This document shows, in pieces, positions 48,001 through 60,000 of a stretch of 64,000 nucleotides of DNA. The notes under the pieces were generated by a model that ran no database searches, was not told where the DNA came from, and saw only the letters and a list, made by a program, of their open reading frames with translations. Each line of letters begins with the position of its first letter. The stretch's first letter is position 1. Source of the DNA: Klebsormidium nitens (lineage: Eukaryota > Plantae > Klebsormidiophyceae); NCBI GenBank assembly GCA_000708835.1, contig DF237398.1, positions 1-64,000 of the forward strand, written 5' to 3'. The position numbers and the translations under genes were made by a program.

Positions 48001-51000
48001 ATATCTCTCCTGAACCGTCTAACATTTCTTGAATAACTTGAATACCGTAATAATGTCAGACCTCTAATCCACCCCAAATAACGGTTACACATTTTCAGAT
48101 GAACTCACCCTAGTTTTTCCAGACCCTGTCGAGAGCCTTCCACCTCTCTGCCAATCGCAGGTGTTCAGCATCGAGATCGTGAAGAACTACCGGGCGACCG
48201 AGTTCCACGAGGACCTCAAGACGCTGTATCGCCAGGCGGGGGCCGGGGACAACCCCCGGCCGACGGTCTTCCTCTTCGACGACACTCAAATTGTAACCGA
48301 GACCTTCCTGGAGGACGTGAATAACATCCTCACCAGTGGCGAGGTGAGCGGCAAATACTACGTGGCCTTGACGCCATTTTAATGGACTTTCGAGGGTTCG
48401 TAGAGGATCTTGGCGACCGTTCCTGCATTTTCCCTGACTGCTCTGAACTCATGAAGCAAGAGCTTTCTTAATTCAGTAGGTTCTCGGCTAGATTCTAAGC
48501 GGGCAGTTAGCTGAAGTTTGAACCTTATTCAGAACCGTTTCACCACCGCCCTCGCGCATCTGAGCGAAGTCATTTGGGGCTCAGAAGTCCAGATGCTGAG
48601 CAAACCTTTCTGGTTTAACATGCGACCCATCCTTGACCAGATCTTCAGAGTCCCAAAAGTCTTTACAGCCCCTGCAGCATGATCACCCTGGACCTATTCA
48701 ACCAGACTTTAGCCAGACCGTAAACACCGGGGACACTTGTCAGAACGAACATCTTGAAGTAAGATTCTTAACCTTTAAACCCCTCGTCCAGGTGCCGAAC
48801 CTGTTCACCAAGGACGAGATCCAGGCGGTGTGCGAGGAGTGCCGCGGCGCGGCCAAGCGCGCGGGCGCGGGCGAGACGGGCGACGCGCTGTACGCGTTCT
48901 TCCTGGAGCGCGTGCGCGCGAACCTGCACGTGGTGCTGTGCCTGAGCCCCGTCGGGGAGGCGTTCCGTAACCGGCTGCGCATGTTCCCCGGCCTCGTCAA
49001 CTGCACCACCATCGACTGGTAAGTGTGCTCGGGGAATAATGCCTGGATTTGGGGTTTGGGGGCATGTTCGAGGATGACTTTGGTGATGGAGTAGGAGCAG
49101 GGACGCAAAACTCTTGGATGAAAGTTTTGTACCATCCCTTAGAACATCAAGACTGCTGGACTTGAGCGCAAAAACGGCTCGCTGAAGGTCTTCGCCGAAT
49201 GGCACAATGTGCCTTATCCACCCGCAAGGACTCTGAACTTTGTCGAGCAGCAAGTCGCTGTACAAGCTTCTCTTCTGGAAGGTTTTGGGTAGCTCAAAGC
49301 CGGTCCTTTTCTTTGTTGTTCTGTTTGCTGGCATCTGTCCTTTGACCTGGTGTCAACCTTTCTGGCGACCAGGTTCATTGAGTGGCCCGCGGACGCGCTG
49401 CTGGAGGTCGCCACGAAGCTGCTGGAGGAGGAGAAGCTGGGCGCGCCCGAGGTGAAGGCCGCCATCTGCCAGGTGTTCGTGACGGCGCACCAATCGGTGC
49501 AGGACACGTCAGCAAAGATGAAGGAGCAGCTCAAGCGGCAGGTCTACGTCACGCCCACCAACTACCTCGAGTTCGCCAAAGGGTGGGTCGCCGCCCCTAG
49601 CTCTTTTGAAAGTGCCTGTGTTTGTTCTGTTAGAACGTTAGAACGTTAAGAACTATCCAGAAAGGCTGTTCTTCTTATGTTGTTCCACAGGCTACCCAGA
49701 CTGCAAACAGTAGATAAGCACACAACTGAGCAACAAAGTAACGCCACTATTGCATCTCCAACGTATTGCAACGACGCCAACCTCTGGTGAAGACGAGGAT
49801 GTGGCGCCTGACTTCACCCGCGCAAAATTGCTAATCTTATCAGAGGGATTCCCGCGTCTCCTTGCAAACTCTCCTGAACTTCAGCCAGTTACGAGTAAAA
49901 GCAAGCGGAGGCTGGGCGAAACAGCAACGTTGAAATGTACACTTCGATCAGGACCCCCGCTTTTCTCTCCAGGTACTGCCAGCTGCTGAAGGAGAAGAAC
50001 GCGGCTCTAAGCGAGAGCGCGGGCAAGCTGCGCGGCGCGGCCGCCAGATCCAAAAGCCCTCTTAAACCCCTCTTACTTTCCCGCCAGGTATCTCCAGCTG
50101 CTGAAGAAGAAGAACGCGGCACTGGGCCTCAACGCCGCAAAGCCGTTAACGCCTATTAACAGATGCAACGCCGTCCATGTCCCCGCAGGTTTTTTACAGA
50201 TTTAAAGCAGCAGACCGGCGGTTAATCCCGGGCGACAGGGCAGCGCCAGGTTCTTAAACCCACCTTTTTTCTCCCAGGTATCGGCAGCTGCTGAAGGAGA
50301 AGAATGCGGCGCTGGGCGAGAGCGCGGGCAAGCTGCGCGGCGGGCTGCAGAAGCTGGACGAGACGCGCGAGCAGGTGGGCGCGATGCAGGTGGTGTGCGT
50401 GGAGAAGAAGGTCGTCGTCGCCAAGGCCAAGAAGGACTGCGAGGAGCTGCTGGTGGAGATCGTCACGGAGAAGCGCGCCGTCGACGAGCAGGAGCGACAG
50501 GTGCGGCCGCGCGCGCGCTTTGAGTTCAAGGGTTTTGGGGCTTCGAGGCTCAGCCCCAAAACTTCGCAGCGGAGGTTTTGGGCAGGATCTTTCGAAAAGT
50601 TGGCTACTGTTTCAGACAATTTTAAACCGCATGATACAGGAAGGGAGCGTCTTGCCCGCGCTGATCTCCAAGATAAGCTTGAAGCTGATCCGGAGGCTTG
50701 GCGTGAGGCGAGGAAGGCTTCTTTAAGACCTTCTCGAGCATGCGCGAGAGAGATACTGCCTGTGCTCTGCGAGACCAAAGGCTTCCGTCAAGCGGTCTTC
50801 TCTGTTGAAAGCCTTCCTGTAGTCGCATCCTCATCTCAACCGTCTGTAGATGCCTCAAAATTTTGATATGCTCACTGATCGCACCCTGCTCCAGGTCAAC
50901 GCGGAGGCCAGCAAGATCGAGAAGGAGGCGGAGGAGTGCAACGCCATCGCCACCGACTGTCAGCGCGACCTGGACAAGGCCCTGCCAGCCCTACAGGTAA

Positions 51001-54000
51001 GACTGAAGATGCACCCGCGAGGGCCTTCAATGAGCAGCAGCAAGGGCTTCGCTTTTCAAACCCACAGCAGAGAATCTGCGTCTGGAAATCACAAAGGTGC
51101 TGGTTCTGAGGGCTATCTACGCTAGCGAGCAGCCGAGAGCTTGCGGAATGGCTCCGGTCATCAGGTTCTATATCATCTTTGGCTCCTCGAGTGCTTTTCA
51201 ACGTTCGCCAGTGAGATTTCACCAACAAAAAGCTTCTGCCATGCCCACCTTGTCCTACAATCCTGAAATTCGTAACTCAAACCCTTCTTACGTCAAGTCC
51301 GCCCTTCTGACTCTCCCCCTGTCAGCCGGCCGACAAAGCTTTGAAAATTCTCGACCACTTCCAGATCGTTTTTCAATCTCTTAACCGGCCTCCCTAACCC
51401 TATCTGCCAGGCGGCCGAGGACGCGCTGAACGTGCTGACGAAGAAGGACTTGAGCGAAGTGAAAGCGTACGCGAAGCCGCCGCCGTTGGTGGAGCTGGCG
51501 CTGGGGGGCGTCATGACCGTGCTGAAGAAACCCACGAGCTGGGACGAGATCAAGAAGGCGCTCGGGGACGCCAACTTCCTGGAGAAGCTGCTCAAGTACG
51601 ACAAGGACCAGCTGGTAGGAGAAAATGTTTGGTTTGGTTATTCTGCTCTCCTACCCGCTTTGAGTTCAGCGGGATTCTATGCTTTTCGTTCAGCATGCGT
51701 CAGACTGCGTTCGGAGACGGCTCAAAGTTTTAGAGAGCTGCTCAAACACAGCAAGGACCAGCTGTTGAGGACGGCGCGTGTTGACGTCTCAAATTCTTGG
51801 GAGCCTTTGGATTATTCAACAGATCGCTCTCAATAAGGAGCTATGCAGGCGGGAGTGCGAGGCATGATGCAGGGGAATGCTGCCAAGAACACAAGATCAA
51901 CTAGGATGAGGCTCTCATGAGGCTCTTCTTTTCTGGAAGCATCGCCTTATCTCAGATCATATCTAGCCAGCCCTGCAGTCCAATCAAGCAGTCTCTTGAT
52001 GCCGGCCTTTCCTCGAAAATCGAATCTTGAAATACCGTTCCTGCAATCAACCCTTGAACGACGCCAAACTCCAAATCCTTTCATTCGGTTCTGAGGCGTC
52101 TTTTGACCCGTCTTCTCAGGTCGACTCGCTGCTCAAGAAGATCTCCAAGTTCACGAGCAACCCGGACTTCACGCCCGAGGCCGTCGGCAAGGTGTCCGCG
52201 GCCGCCAAGGGGTTATGCCTGTGGGTTAGGGCCATGGAAACCTACGGTTACGTCTCCAAGGAAGTGGGCCCCAAGAAGGAGAAGCTCAAGGCCGCGCAGG
52301 CGACGCTCGCCAAGAAGCAGGCCGCGCTGCAGGCCGCGCGCGACCAGCTTGCAGCGGTGAGCCGGGGTTTTGGGGGTTAGGGTTTTGCGAGCGGGTGTTG
52401 AGTGGCGTTGCTTCAAGAATAAACGCTGATGTTGAAGAGTTCGGCACTTATAGCTGGTCGTATAGTTGAGAGTACGGAGGATGGGCTCTACTTTGTACCT
52501 TTGCTGTCGTCCAATGTGAATAGTGAGTACTTGTCTGTATTCGATCCAATTTTTGGAGACTCGTATAACAGAGTAGGAATGCTCTTGGGTACTTCATCTC
52601 ATAACCAGAAGACATGTCACTTGAGCTCGGAGCTATTTGACAATTCCTGCGAGGCTAAGGTCCACCTATGTCCAAGACAAATCAAAAATGAATGTACGTT
52701 ATCCTGAGCCCCTGGAAAAAACCATGAGCCGTCCCGCAATCCCTCTTTTACCTCCACAGGTCCTCGCCAAAGTCGCGGCGCTCAAGGACAAGTACGACAC
52801 GAGCACCGCCAGCAGAGAGGCGCTGCAGCGCGAGGCCGAAGACTTAGAAGGCAAATTACAACGCGCGGAAAAGCTGGTCTTAGGACTGGCCGGGGAAAAG
52901 TCCCGGTGGGAAGCCAGCATCGGAAACCTGGAGCAGCAGATCGGGAGACTGCCCGGGGATTGCCTCGTCGCGGCCGCGTTCCTGAGCTACGCCGGGCCGT
53001 TCCCGAGCGAGTACCGGGAGGAGCTGGTCAAGCGGACGTGGCTGGACCAGGTGGGCTGTCGGGATTTTAGGGTTTGGTTTTTTAAGGGTTTCTTGGGTCC
53101 AGACTTTAGGGGTAAGAGTTTTCGAGCAATGCCCAGGAGCGATTTATGTTTGCTTTCGGTATATTGAGTTCATAGCGAGAGAGCTGGTTGAAGCGGACGT
53201 GGCTGGACCAGGTGGGATATGGTGAACTTCGGATTAACGTCTTCTGAGAGCAATTTGATTTGAAGGAGAGGGTTTGAAGTGATGTGGGGCCAAGTTTTGT
53301 CTCCGAAGGAGCTGGCGAGATCGACCAGGTGCTTGTACGGAAAAAGCTTCGCACGCGGTGTCCGAGCATCTTGCGGTATCGACTTTCAGGATTCCGGGGT
53401 CTGACAAAGTGTTACTTGATTTAGCGAGTCCAAGTCGTTGGCGAGTAAGCGATCCACATTCACGCCAGGCTCTGCGACACGATGGTTTTCTCCGAACTTT
53501 TCCAATCCTCAAAGCTTCTCTCCGATTGCGCGAACCCACGCAAAACCCGAGCAACTCAACGTGTCCGTTTCGTACGCTCTGTTAGGTCCGCAAGCTGAGC
53601 ATCCCGTCGTCCGCGGACTTCGACTTCGCGCTATTTTTGGCGAACCCGAGCGACGTGCGCGACTGGAACATCCAGGGCCTGCCCGCCGACCAGTTCTCCA
53701 CCGAGAACGGCGTCATGGTCACGCGCGGCCGCCGCTGGCCGCTCATGATCGACCCCCAGGTGGGCAGAATTTTTCTATCAATATTTGCCGGGTAAAAGTG
53801 CTCATTCTGACTTGAAAAGCTGCAGCTTTCGCTTCTTCGATCAAGCTCTCAGGGAGCAGGTTGGGAATCCGATGTATTGAAAAATGCAGGTATCATTCTC
53901 TTGACGACTTAAGAGGCACTTGGCTTTGGGAAAGAGTCCAAGAAGCCTCCAATGCAAGAAGAAGAACGATCGAAAGGTTCGCTTTTTGCTCCAATAGGGA

Positions 54001-57000
54001 GAACAAATATCAGCCAACCCCTCTGTTCCAGGAGCCCAGCCAACAAGTGGATCGAAGAGCACGGAGAATTTTTTGGCCGATCAGACCTTTATTGTATCAA
54101 AATGTTAAAGGTTTGGACTCTGCTGAGAATCCAAACCCCTCTTTTCCGCAGGGCCAAGCCAAGCCAAGCCAAGCCAAGCCAAGTGAGGAGGAGGCTTACC
54201 GTCGTACATTCCCCTGAAACCGAATCAAATCAAACCCTTCTCTTCCGCAGGGGCAAGCCAACAAGTGGGTGAAGAGCATGGAGGCGGGCCGTGGGCTGAA
54301 GGTGGTGGACCTGCAGATGTCGGACCTGATGCGCACCATGGAGAACGCCATCCAGTTCGGCAACCCCGTCCTGCTGCAGGACGTGCTCGAGGAGATCGAC
54401 CCCTCGCTGGAGCCCATCCTCGCAAAGTCGTTCATCAAAAAGGGCAACCAGGTGCGTTGACAATACCTTGTTGCGCTATGCTTTTTATATCTTGAGCGGA
54501 ACGATGGCCGAATTCCAAGGGGAGCGAAGCCGACGAGCGCCAAGCCTTTGAATTTTAGAGCGAGTGAATGATGAGCTTGACAGACGCGAGCAAAATTTCT
54601 GACTGGGTGTTGGGTTCGACGTAAGTCGGTGTGGATTCTGGAATTTCAGATACAGTCAAAAGGCGAGCTTCGTCCTTGGCATACAAAGTATAAACGAGCT
54701 CCCCACTCGTGTCGAATGTGATCGAAAGCCCACCAAATGCGGAGGAAACTTTGGAAGACCTTGCCAGGCGACGCCCATACCCAATCTCTGCTCAATGCCG
54801 TTACTCTCCTCTTCCGCCAGGTGCTAATCAAGCTGGGCGATAAAGAGATCGACTACAACCCCGACTTCCGGTTGTACATAACCACCAAGCTCGCTAACCC
54901 GCACTACACCCCGGAGGTCTCCACCAAGGCGACCATCGTTAACTTCGCGGTTAAGGAGCAGGGTTTGGAGGCGCAGCTGCTCAACACCGTGGTGCAGAAG
55001 GAGCGGCCCGACCTGGACAAGCAGAAGAACGAGCTCGTGGTCAAGGTGGGGTTTGCCGCTGACCTCGCTTCTTAACCCTGTTTTTGTTGACCTGGTTGAT
55101 TCGCGAAGCACTAATGGTCCAGATTGCCGTGACTACTTTACGGAGCATGCTTAGCTGACTGAAGTCATGAGCAAACTGGTTTCCGTAAGGAAAAATCGAG
55201 CACTCCCTCTACAAAGCAACACGCTATAGCATTTTTTACATTCGCCGCCGACCAGAAACAAACAGCATTGCTTCCTCTCTAACCATCTCCAGTCCCTTCC
55301 AAGGGAGCAACGCTTTCTCAAAGTGGCACTGAAGCTGGAGGGTATTGCGTCGGTTGATCATCTGAGCTACCGTCTCGGTTAACATCCAAACCCTGTCTAA
55401 CCGGGCGCGGTTCCGCAGGTTGCGACCGGGAAGCGCACCCAGGCGAAGCTGGAGGACGACATTCTGCGGCTGCTCTCGTCTGCGACGGGCAGCCTGCTGG
55501 ACAACCTGGAGCTCATCAACACGCTGGACCAGTCCAAAACCACCTGGGAGGAGGTGCGCAAACTACTCTGTCTGTTTTCTGATTTCGCAGATTCCATTTT
55601 GTCGTGTTCTTTCTAAGTCTCGGTCCCCAATTTATTGGGCCCGACAGAAGCAACATAACGGGAGCCCACAAGCTGACAGAATCAGAGTCACTCCGGAGTG
55701 TTTAGGCGCCTTCATTTGCGTACCTTTCAGGGCAATTCTACAGGCGTGTTTGTTGCAAGTCGATTTATTGCCAATGATGCGGCGTTCAGTAAGCTCACCG
55801 ACTGGCGGCGTAGGTCTGGCTGAGGTCACAGGTCCATTGTGCGCCAGTGAGTTCACCATCGAAAGCTGCTGTACCGCAAAAAGGCGACCATCTTCAAATC
55901 TTTATGCCCGGGCCGCAGGTGAACGAGTCTCTAAAGGTCGCCGAGGAGACCGCCAAAAAGATCGAGACCGCGGCCGCGGCGTACAAGCCGTGCGCGGTGC
56001 GCGCGAGCGCGCTCTACTTCGTGCTGAACGAGTTGGCGACCATCGACCCCATGTACCAGTTCAGTCTGGACGCCTACACGGACCTGTTCCACATCTCCAT
56101 TGCGAAGAGCCCCAAATCTGACCAGCTGCAGACGCGGATCAAGAACCTGAACGACTTCCATACGTACGCGGTAAGGGGCTCCGGCAGATTTGCTTTTCTA
56201 CTGCTCTTTGTTGTGCGCTTGTGATTGCACAGTTGGCGCTACTTCATGCTGAAATAGACAGATTCTTGACGATTTTGCTTGCTGTGTTTGGCAGTACAAA
56301 CGTTACGATCGAGAGGGTTGGTTCCTTCTCCGTATGAAAAATGTTTAAGTAACTTGCTCAGGCCATTGAACAGCAGCCGAGCGCAAGAATCCTTGTCCCA
56401 AGCGCCTTTCGCGCTCCTTTCCTCTTGAGAGACCAAATCTACATAAACTGCCCTGAGGGATGCTCATGCCAGTGCCCTGCTGCATTGCTGCAGACGATAT
56501 TTGGATTCTGGTGTCGTCACGTTCACTTTGCTGACGTACATCTCTTCCGCCCCTTCCCAGGTGTACAAGTACACCGCGCGCGGGCTGTTCGAGCGGCACA
56601 AGCTGCTCCTCTCGCTCCAGATCTGCGCGCGCATCCTGCAGACCGCCGCGCAGATCAACACGGAGGAGTGGCAGTTCTTCCTGCGCGGGGGCACCGTGCT
56701 CGACCGGAGCGCGCAGCCCAAGAATCCCGCGCGCGCGTGGATCAGCGAGCAGGGCTGGGACCACATCAACGAGCTGGAGAAGCTGCCCCACTTCAAGGGG
56801 GTGGTCTCGAGCTTCGACAAAGATACGAGCGACTGGGAGGCGTGGTACCGCCAAGGGTGAGAACTTGAGCTTGTGGCTCTCAGACATGATAGTGGCATTT
56901 TGCAAACGCTTTGGTTTCATTCGGGGCAACGTGCTTGGCTTGTCTGTTCAGCATCGTCGCAGCCAGCAGGAACGCCGTTCAAGTACTCGGGCTAAGTGGT

Positions 57001-60000
57001 CGACCAAAAGTGCAGGACACTTTGTCAACCTGAAGTGTGGCTGTTGCGACATCCCTTCAAGTGCTTGCGGATTGAGCTGAAGCAGAAGCGCGACCTCTAT
57101 TGGAGCAGCTTTCATTATCTCCCTGTCCACTGGAAAGCTGAGGTATCAAACGCGTCGTCATATTCCTTCCAGGGAGCCCGAGACTGCCGAGCTGCCTGGC
57201 GAGTGGGAATCCAAGTGCAACGAGCTGCAGCGCATGGTGAGTGCCCAGTTGTCCTCAGTATTCAATTCGTGAGCTCCTTCATCTGCTTCCTTGCACCTGT
57301 CGGGCCGTGGTTGGCAGCTTCATATTTGTCTATAGCTTCTCGATTACCTCTTGGTACATTCGGGATGTCAAAAAACCGACCATGTCGGGTCTCTGCGGGC
57401 GTACTAAACCGCATAATTAAACAAAAGCCGCTTTGCTTCAACCTCTGCCGGCTTGCACATTCATCTTCGTTATTTCATTTATCGTCGCCAATTTTGAGTT
57501 CCCTCCTCTCGATCGTTTGCGGACCCCTCTTCGAACATGCAAGCGACCTTGGAAGCACTTACAAAAAGATGGTCGTGACCACCGTTTGAAATAATGTCTC
57601 TTTCATCCCCCAGATCTTCGTGCGCTGCCTGCGGCCCGACCGCGTCATCTTCGCGGCCGCGACTTACGTTGCGCACAACCTGGGCCGCAAGTTCGTGGAG
57701 CCGCCGGTTCTAGACCTGGGCGAAACGTACAACGACTCGCTGCCAACCACGCCACTCATCTTCGTGCTCAGCGCGGGGGTGGATCCCACAGCGAACTTGC
57801 GCCAGCTGGCGGCCAACAAGGGCATGGCGGAAAAGTAAGTCGAGCGACCAGTTTCTGCTGTATGTCGTGACACTGTGGTTTCTGTTGCATGATTGCCGTA
57901 GTCAAATAGATTTTCTATAATCAGCGGATTCTTACTCTCATCGAATGCACGGAAAGTGTACAATCATACCGTTTGTACTTCCGTTCAGAGTTCCTGGGCT
58001 GCAGTTTGGAACACGCTTTCCTGACCTGACCGTTTTTTGACGTCAGTTCGAAAGCCTTGTTCAGCACTGGAAAGCAATATGGCACTCAGTATCGTTCCAA
58101 TCTCCGCAGATCTTCTCGTCCTCTGTCTAAAGAGGGCCTTTTATCTCCCTCCAGGTTCCACGCGGTTGCGCTGGGTCAAGGCCAGGCCCCGATCGCGACG
58201 AAACTGATCCAAGAAGCCGTGAAAGAAGGCACCTGGGTCTTCTTGGCAAATTGCCACTTGATGACCAGTTGGCTTCCGACTCTGGACAAAATCATCGAGG
58301 GGCTGGAGGCGCAAAAGCCGCACGAGTCGTTCCGGCTCTGGTTGTCCAGCTCGCCCAATCCCAAGTTCCCCATCTCAATCCTCCAGGTAAAGGATTTTTC
58401 GGTCGGAATTAGTGGATATCAGAAGATACTCCGTTTGGATGTTTCCCCCGAACTCTGCTTCCTATCCTGAATACTCAGGTGATCATAAGGAGCGGAGTCC
58501 GTCCTTGCCTCCGATATTATTGCTGTCTCCAACATATTTTGGTTCGTCTCTCTGCGTGATGCCGCTCTAGACCATACTCGTCTCGTAGTGTAAGCCAAAA
58601 AAGGAAGTTGTCAACACTGTCCTTTAGTCTTTGATTTGGAAAGCTGGGGCAATGGACCTGAAATGCTGCATCTCCTTTTCGCAAAATGGTTGGCCGAAAT
58701 GGGATGGGGGGAAAACGCCACCGCAATCTTTTCCAGCGGAGCCCACATACGAAGGGAGACACTTCGACAGATCCTCCTGGACTCTAGTCTGCTTTTCTCA
58801 CCTTTCAAATTGATCCATTCCGCTGACCCTCCGCTTCCGCCCTCGCAGCGCGGCCTCAAGATGACGACGGAGCCGCCCAAGGGCCTGCGCGCGAACCTGC
58901 TGCGGCTGTACGCGAGCACGAGCGAGGAGAGCTGGGCGGCGTGCCGCGCGCAGGCCAAGTACCAGAAGCTCTTCTTCGCGCTCACCTACTTCCACTCCGT
59001 GCTGCTGGAGCGCAAAAAGTTCGGCAACCTGGGGCTCAACATCCCGTACGATTTCAACGACACCGACTTCCAGGTGCGCGCGCGTTTTGATTTCAGGGGT
59101 GTCTGTCGTGGGTTAAAGATGGAGGAGTTGGGAGTTTCGGGAAGTTTCTGGGGGTTTGAGGGTGTGGGTCGGATTGGGCACCAAGGCTGCCAAAGCCGGG
59201 GCTATGAGAAAGTAATGTTTTCGTACCTGTGGCCTTTTGCATTGAGCTACGGCCAGCCGAGCTGATTTCATTCTAATCAGCGTGTAAGCCCTGGTGTTCG
59301 GGCTCTGGATTGGAATCTTATCAACAAGCGGGATGATGACTCACTCCATGGAAGCTCGCCCACGCGACAAGAAAGACCCATTTCACAGCCGCTGGGCTCC
59401 TCAGGAATCACAGAAGATTCGATTGACTCATTCCGAAGCTCTCCTAAATGACTGCTGGCTTGAAAGCAAATTCATTCTTCTTCTAACCAGGTGTCGGACG
59501 ACCTGCTCAAGACGTACCTGGACGAGTACGACGAGACGCCGTTCGACGCGCTCAAGTACCTCATCGCGGAGGCCAACTACGGCGGCCGCGTCACCGACGA
59601 ACTAGACCGGCGCGTGCTCGCGAGCTACCTGGACCAGTTCTACTGCCCCGAGGCGCTGTCCACGCCCGCGTACCCGCTGTCCTCGCTGCCCAACTACTAC
59701 ATCCCGGATAATGGAACCATGCAGGTAAGGGGCCTGGTTAACGGGAATCCGCGACGGGAGGGTTAGTAAAGTGGGCGAAAAATCCGGGACGAAGACTCTT
59801 TATTCATATGCTTCTTGGAGCATCTAGCAACTCTGACTGCTTAGATTCGGAACGGAACGAGTGAAAGATGGCTGGCTTCTGCAAAGCCAGTGAGTTCACA
59901 TCCTGAATAGACATTGCGAGCATCTGCCAACGCCTGGTCATGATTTCTGTGTCAGCCCCCGGGATAATATGCTCCTTTGGAAACAAGAAGACGCACTCTG

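Noticed and set aside
36696-50128. Echo copies interpreted as mutually exclusive exons, or as a CRISPR-like repeat-spacer array
   Set aside because: The copies are partial, lack the second splice site and lead to stops. They derive from the adjacent exon, are irregularly spaced and have no cas genes; the locus is eukaryotic.
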